Below are positions 59,293 through 64,000 of a DNA stretch of 64,000 bases, in pieces. The DNA is from an uncultured Gammaproteobacteria bacterium (lineage in GTDB: Bacteria > Patescibacteriota > Microgenomatia > CAYQLK01): the NCBI GenBank assembly GCA_964445355.1, contig CAYUKQ010000004.1:1028-65027 (forward strand), given 5' to 3'. Numbering within the stretch: the stretch's first letter is position 1; each line of letters begins with the position of its first letter. The position numbers and the translations under genes are program-made. The notes beneath the pieces were generated by a model that was not told the DNA's origin, did no database searches, and worked only from the letters and a program-made list of their open reading frames with translations.

Positions 59293-59706
59293 TTAGATGT
59301 TGCATAGGGTACCTGCCGGAGTGTAGTTGAGCAGGTTGATGCCTGTTACTAATTCAAGCGATTTGAAGATGGCATATACAAGCAAGAGGACCACGACTCC
59401 GATGAGTGCGGTTGTGATTGCGCCGCGAGCTTGGCCGGCGCCACCTGGATTACCGAAGGAGAAAATATATTTGTACCCAGCGTAAATGAGCATCAGGAAA
59501 AAAGCGATCCCTGCGGCCGGGGCAATGATCTTGATCGTTTTGGCGACGATCCCGAGCAAATCACAAAGCTGCGATGGGGTTTCGCTATCGCTACCGCCTC
59601 CTCCGGGTGGACCGCCACCTCCGGTACTGGCGGCGAAGGCTGTTTGACTAACTAAAAGCAGTAAGAGGACATAAACAATTGTGATTGAGAGCGCTCGATA
59701 TTTCAT
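59293..59706 (-). CDS. VirB2/TrbC-like T4SS pilin
   Basis: Signal peptide AFA; AGYKYIFSFGNP...QARGAITTALIG hairpin motif. Confidence 0.8.
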   Translation of the reverse strand: MKYRALSITIVYVLLLLLVSQTAFAASTGGGGPPGGGGSDSETPSQLCDLLGIVAKTIKIIAPAAGIAFFLMLIYAGYKYIFSFGNPGGAGQARGAITTALIGVVVLLLVYAIFKSLELVTGINLLNYTPAGTLCNI

Positions 59707-59821
59707 AAAAACTAACTCTTATTAAGAATGATACCAATAACTAATGACTTAAATCCAAAACAATACCGGTCGGGAACGAAATCCGTCCAGACCGATATGT
59801 TTTTTGGGAGTAAAACAATTA

Positions 59822-60202
59822 CTAATTTCCAAGAGTAGGAATAGTAAAGTTGTCTCCAGTAATAATGCTGACTCCGAGAATAGCTTGGACAAGCATAATT
59901 AAGGCTAAGGCCAAAACTACAACCACCAAACCTACGAGTGCGTGGATTACTTGCTGTCTGGCGGCGTTGACTTTTCCTGGATCACCACTTGAGAGGATCC
60001 ACTTGATACCACCAATGAGTAACCAAATAAAAGCAATAAGGAATGCGGCAAAAATAATAGCTTTAATGACGAAACTTAGGATCGCGCCAGGTTCGGCGAC
60101 GTTAACGCTGTATGGGTTGAGGTTGATTTCGTCTGCTAAGACGTTGCTTGTCGCGGCAATTGTGCCAGCGACTGACGAGGCTGCGGCAATTAACTTTTTT
60201 AT
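59822..60202 (-). CDS. VirB2/TrbC-like T4SS pilin with apparent ATA start (not in ORF track)
   Basis: Hand translation (I/M)KKLIAAASSVAGTIAATSNVLADEINLNP...GGIKWILSSGDPGKVNAARQQVIHALVG...PTLGN; SD GAAAGGGGGTGA 6 nt upstream. Confidence 0.82.
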   Translation of the reverse strand: MKKLIAAASSVAGTIAATSNVLADEINLNPYSVNVAEPGAILSFVIKAIIFAAFLIAFIWLLIGGIKWILSSGDPGKVNAARQQVIHALVGLVVVVLALALIMLVQAILGVSIITGDNFTIPTLGN

Positions 60203-60226
60203 AACGACTCACCCCCTTTCAAGGTT

Positions 60227-60676
60227 TTAAAACGGAAGCGTTGGGTTTGTAATTGATCCCGCGTCGAGAGTGAAGACCTTTTCGACCAGGGTCAGGATCG
60301 AGAATGCGAGAATGATAACTACCAGTCCGACGATTGCGTAAACGATCTTTTTTTGAGCGGCGGCGGTTTTGTTTGGCTCGCCGTTACTGGTAATGTAGTT
60401 GATTCCGCCGATTAACAGCCAGATAAAAGCCATAAGGAATCCGGCAAAAATCAGAATCTTAATGAAAAAAGTAATTAGCGTCCCGACTTGGGATGCCTCT
60501 GTGGGAATACCGGCAGGCGGACAAATCTCACCGAGCGGGTTGTCGCTCGATCCTTGTGATCCGGTCGTGCATGCAGCGATCACGTTGACACTCGAAATAA
60601 TTAACATTGCGATTAAGCCTGGGAAGATAATAGCTAAGTGTTTGAGATTGTGTTGTAGTGATCTGAGCTGTTTCAT
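60227..60676 (-). CDS. VirB2/TrbC-like T4SS pilin
   Basis: GGINYITSNGEPNKTAAAQKKIVYAIVG. Confidence 0.82.
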   Translation of the reverse strand: MKQLRSLQHNLKHLAIIFPGLIAMLIISSVNVIAACTTGSQGSSDNPLGEICPPAGIPTEASQVGTLITFFIKILIFAGFLMAFIWLLIGGINYITSNGEPNKTAAAQKKIVYAIVGLVVIILAFSILTLVEKVFTLDAGSITNPTLPF

Positions 60677-60677
60677 T

Positions 60678-61022
60678 TTAAAGGTTGGGGTTATTGATAA
60701 ATAGTGCCTGTACTGTATACATTATCACAAAGGTCAGGATCATCACGACCATACCAACCACAGCAAAAGTAATGTTTTTGCGTGCGTCAGCGGCTTTGTT
60801 TGGGTCACCACCTGAGGTGATGAATTTGATACCGCCGATCACAATATAGACTAGGGTAAAAATCGCACCGAGACTAAAAATAATACCCAGAGCGACCGTG
60901 CCAATATCACCAACTGATTGAAAAGTTTCGGCTGGCTGGAATTCTTCGTTGATGTCCAGCCCCATAAGGCTAAGCGCTGAAGTGGGGATAATGGCGGTGG
61001 TCAAGATTTTTTTAAGTAACAT
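60678..61022 (-). CDS. VirB2/TrbC-like T4SS pilin
   Basis: GGIKFITSGGDPNKAADARKNITFAVVG; ATG at 61022 preferred. Confidence 0.82.
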   Translation of the reverse strand: MLLKKILTTAIIPTSALSLMGLDINEEFQPAETFQSVGDIGTVALGIIFSLGAIFTLVYIVIGGIKFITSGGDPNKAADARKNITFAVVGMVVMILTFVIMYTVQALFINNPNL

Positions 61023-61344
61023 AAACGTTAAGCACTGATTGGGAAATAAATGCTGTGATTGCCCAAGCAATGCAGATAATAATAAGACCGATAACTGCAT
61101 TGATAATCATGGATTTTCCTCCAGAAACACTGTTGGGGTTGCCGCCGCTAATAATGATGCGAAAAGCACCGATCGCAATCAGAATAATTGACACCAGAAA
61201 GGCAAATGGGAATAAAAAATAGACCATCGCGTTACTGATAAAACCGCCAATTGAGTTAACAGCCCCGGTTTCGTCAGAAGTAATAGGGTTGCCTACTCCA
61301 GAGTTGCCGAGTTGGATGGCGATGTGTTTGAGTTCGTTGATCAT
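61012..61344 (-). CDS. VirB2/TrbC-like T4SS pilin
   Basis: GAFRIIISGGNPNSVSGGKSMIINAVIG. Confidence 0.8.
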   Translation of the reverse strand: MINELKHIAIQLGNSGVGNPITSDETGAVNSIGGFISNAMVYFLFPFAFLVSIILIAIGAFRIIISGGNPNSVSGGKSMIINAVIGLIIICIAWAITAFISQSVLNVYVT

Positions 61345-61350
61345 AGACAG

Positions 61351-61959
61351 TTATGGGGTTGGGTCATAAATATCTGACTGACTTTCGATACCGGGCAGAT
61401 TAAGGATGTTGGCACCGATTATTTCGAGGATAGATACAGCGAAGACAATAAACAATAGTCCTGAGATGGCAGAGATGATCATTTCACGGCCCTGGTTGAT
61501 TTTGGTAGGGTTGCCTGCAGAGGCGACGATTTGGACTGCACCAAAGCCAGCGAGAATAAAAGCAATAACTGCGGCGATCGAGATTGAGACTAGGAGAATT
61601 GTGGTAACGGTTTGCCCGCCACTATCACTAACGTCGAACTCTAAGATTCCTCCAATAGAACAGGTTGGTTTGCAGGGAATCGAGGAGTCTCCGCCAGACC
61701 CACCGCCAGTGGTTTCTCCGCTTCCTACACCTGCACCGCCAGCAAGGGCAGTTTCGCATGAAGCTTGTGAGCTGTAGTGAGGAAGATCACCTCCGAACGA
61801 GGCAGAAATACATTGAACTGTGCCGCCGACGTTACGAATAAACCAATAGGTGGCTGCATTGACCTCATTTGGTTTTTGATTAAGAGAGGAAAACAATAAA
61901 TTAGCAAGGACAAATATTGCCAGGATGAATGTTTTTCTGAACAGTTTAGTTTTGGGCAT
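61351..61959 (-). CDS. VirB2/TrbC-like T4SS pilin with Cys/Gly-rich N-terminal extension
   Basis: GAVQIVASAGNPTKINQGREMIISAISGLLFIVF; 4 Cys before the pilin core. Confidence 0.8.
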   Translation of the reverse strand: MPKTKLFRKTFILAIFVLANLLFSSLNQKPNEVNAATYWFIRNVGGTVQCISASFGGDLPHYSSQASCETALAGGAGVGSGETTGGGSGGDSSIPCKPTCSIGGILEFDVSDSGGQTVTTILLVSISIAAVIAFILAGFGAVQIVASAGNPTKINQGREMIISAISGLLFIVFAVSILEIIGANILNLPGIESQSDIYDPTP

Positions 61960-61977
61960 AGAAGGTATAATTTAACA

Positions 61978-63708
61978 ATGACAAAGTTCCCTGCCTGCAG
62001 TCAAGTTTTATTCAAACACTCAAAGCTATTCTTGATAAGTATTGTAATTACCGCGCAGATTTTTAGTCTGGTGTCAGTGAAAGTTGTATGGGGTTTGGAT
62101 TTAAATAATAGTGATGAAATCGCCAAGGAAATAGAGAAGCTGAGCAAAGATCTTAAAGCGAGTCAGGACGCAACAGTGCCTTTGGAGCAGAAGCTTAAGA
62201 GTTTGAATACCCAGATCACATCGATCCAGGGGAAAATTAATAAGTTCACGGCGGATATCAATAATGCGGAGAAACAAATTAAACAAAAAGAGGCTGATTT
62301 GGAAAAGCAAAAGGCGATTTTGGCTGCAACCGTGAGAAGTTATTACATTAAGACTTTTGTGGATACACCTTTATTAACATTGCTTTCTTCTAATAATGCG
62401 ACGGATGTAACAAGAGAGCTGACATTTAGAAGTAAGACGACAGATAGAGATAAAAATTTGATTGTAACGATCACTGGAGATATTAATGGTCTGAAAAAAG
62501 ATAAAGAGGATTTGGCAAAGGAAAAAACCAAGCTGGCCGGATTGCAGGTGTCTTTGAATAAAGAGGCTGATTTTTATGCCAAAGAGGTGGCAGGAGCAAA
62601 GAAATATCAAACCGATCTATCAAATCAAATCGCTTCATTGACCGCCAGACAGAACGAAATTATTGCCAGTAAGAGTGGTACATTCACTACCGGTGTTGGT
62701 GATGTGCCACTAGCAGATGATCCAAATGCAAGTGTGAACTTTAACCCCGGATTCTCAAAAGCATTTGCGGCATTTTCATTCGGCGCTTACACACATCGCA
62801 AAGGAATGAGTCAATATGGAGCTAAAGGCAGAGCTGATGCCGGTCAAAATTTTAAGACGATTTTAAGTAAATATTACGGCAAGGAGCCGAATGGTAAGGA
62901 TACCGGGGGAAACATTAAAGTATCTGGATATGGTGAGATGGATTTTGAAACAAAGTATTTGTATGGAATTGCGGAAATGCCCTCGAGTTTTCCAGAAGAG
63001 GCGTTAAAGGCGCAAGCGGTGGCAGCTAGAACTTATGCTTACCGGTATAAGAAGGATGGTTTGGAAATCTGCACGACCGAAGCTTGTCAGGTGTTTAATA
63101 AATCCAAGTCTGATAGTCCGCCGGATAAGTGGAAGAAGGCGGTGGATGATACTAAAGGACAAGTTATTGAAGATGTGGTGACGTATTACTCTTCAACAAC
63201 TGGTGGTTATTTGACGACCTCAGGCTGGGATACCGGTTGTGGTTCAAAAGATTGTTGGACAGGTGATGCTTTTGAAAAAAAAGCTAACAGTCCGTGGTTT
63301 TATAAAGCTTGGTATACGCAAAGTTATTCGGTTAGCTCAGATAAGTGCGGTAAGAGTAACCCTTGGCTGAATAACGAGGAGTTCTCGGATATTTTGAATG
63401 GGTATTTGCTGATCAATAATAATCACCCGGATTCCGGTAGAGTGACACCCGTGTCTTCCTGCTGGGGCGGATCACCTTTGTCGATGTCAGAGATGAGGGA
63501 GAGGGCCGGTCAGTATGGAGGAGCGTTCACTGCAGTTAATTCGGTGTCGGTAAGTTATTCAAATGACGGTTCTACGGCTAGTGTTACGATCAATAGTAAC
63601 CGAGGAACTGATACGATTTCAGGGTCAAAGTTCAAAGAGGCGTTTAATCTTAGGGCCCCGGGTTGGATTTCGATAAAATCTCCATTGTTTAATATCGAAG
63701 TAAAGTAA
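61978..63708 (+). CDS. Coiled-coil + SpoIID/LytB-domain lytic transglycosylase-like protein
   Basis: Signal/TM, long coiled coil, H..GMSQYGA, YLYGIAEMP, EALKAQAVAARTYA, CQVF. Confidence 0.85.
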   Translation: MTKFPACSQVLFKHSKLFLISIVITAQIFSLVSVKVVWGLDLNNSDEIAKEIEKLSKDLKASQDATVPLEQKLKSLNTQITSIQGKINKFTADINNAEKQIKQKEADLEKQKAILAATVRSYYIKTFVDTPLLTLLSSNNATDVTRELTFRSKTTDRDKNLIVTITGDINGLKKDKEDLAKEKTKLAGLQVSLNKEADFYAKEVAGAKKYQTDLSNQIASLTARQNEIIASKSGTFTTGVGDVPLADDPNASVNFNPGFSKAFAAFSFGAYTHRKGMSQYGAKGRADAGQNFKTILSKYYGKEPNGKDTGGNIKVSGYGEMDFETKYLYGIAEMPSSFPEEALKAQAVAARTYAYRYKKDGLEICTTEACQVFNKSKSDSPPDKWKKAVDDTKGQVIEDVVTYYSSTTGGYLTTSGWDTGCGSKDCWTGDAFEKKANSPWFYKAWYTQSYSVSSDKCGKSNPWLNNEEFSDILNGYLLINNNHPDSGRVTPVSSCWGGSPLSMSEMRERAGQYGGAFTAVNSVSVSYSNDGSTASVTINSNRGTDTISGSKFKEAFNLRAPGWISIKSPLFNIEVK

Positions 63709-63761
63709 AGAGCCTGTTGGAGGTTGGATGATTTTGGGTATAGAATAGGCTCTAAGGAAAA

Positions 63762-64000
63762 ATGTTTAATTCTTATTTTGAAAATCCGTCAGGTATATCC
63801 TTCGAAGGGCAGGAGCCCGGAGAAAAAGTGATCCTTTTTCTTAGGCAGCATTTTGTGGTCTTGATCGCGCCGTTCGTGACATTACTGGTGATGGCCTTGG
63901 TGCCGTTTTTGTTTTTTGGAGGAGTGGCGCTATTAGAGGCGGATATTACCTCGATAATTGGTCCAGGATATTGGGTGGTGGCAACGTTGTTGTGGTACTT
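63762..64000 (+). CDS. Probable PH-domain membrane protein (3'-truncated)
   Basis: MFNSYFENPSGISFEGQEPGEKVILFLRQHF then TMs; open to window end. Confidence 0.6.
   Translation, partial: MFNSYFENPSGISFEGQEPGEKVILFLRQHFVVLIAPFVTLLVMALVPFLFFGGVALLEADITSIIGPGYWVVATLLWY

Noticed and set aside
59850-60230. 126-aa plus-strand ORF
   Set aside because: Antisense shadow of the unlisted minus-strand pilin
44298-61959. Calling the T4SS-like locus an ICE or prophage
   Set aside because: No integrase, relaxase, att repeats or phage structural genes visible in the window
1-64000. Genetic code 25 (TGA read as Gly)
   Set aside because: Conserved genes such as tatD and dnaA end at TGA at expected lengths, and long ORFs are intact under code 11

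Overview
Chromosomal segment around the replication origin of a low-GC bacterium using genetic code 11. Gene content points to Patescibacteria/CPR, most like the Microgenomates group; this is an inference from short ValRS and MetRS, DUF4012, the CPR-type GT2 and the PrgI/VirB4/pilin cluster. The left ~41 kb holds housekeeping and envelope genes: pcrA, femABX, a UvrD-nuclease fusion, rmuC, PBP1A, metG, tatD, a GT2/GT-C/WecA/UbiA glycan cluster, groESL with CIRCE, tsaD, valS, rplY, and an rpmH-rnpA-yidD-yidC-jag run extended by ligase/flippase/rnhA genes. A GC-rich ~1.1 kb three-gene cassette at 2.1-3.2 kb hides an unlisted, translationally coupled 47-aa peptide. At 41-44 kb lie DnaA boxes, dnaA, oriC, dnaN and a DciA-like gene. 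Directly after it, on the lagging strand, is a ~17.7 kb T4SS-like locus with no relaxase or integrase visible: six tandem VirB2/TrbC-like pilins, a secreted protein, VirB6-like, PrgI, a VirB4 partner, VirB4, a 1171-aa membrane-anchored M23 peptidase and a membrane-anchored protein. It is interrupted by an antisense 760-aa orphan. One of the six pilins is absent from the ORF track because it has no ATG/GTG/TTG start: it appears to begin at ATA behind the longest Shine-Dalgarno match I found. No rRNA, tRNA, CRISPR or transposase was seen.
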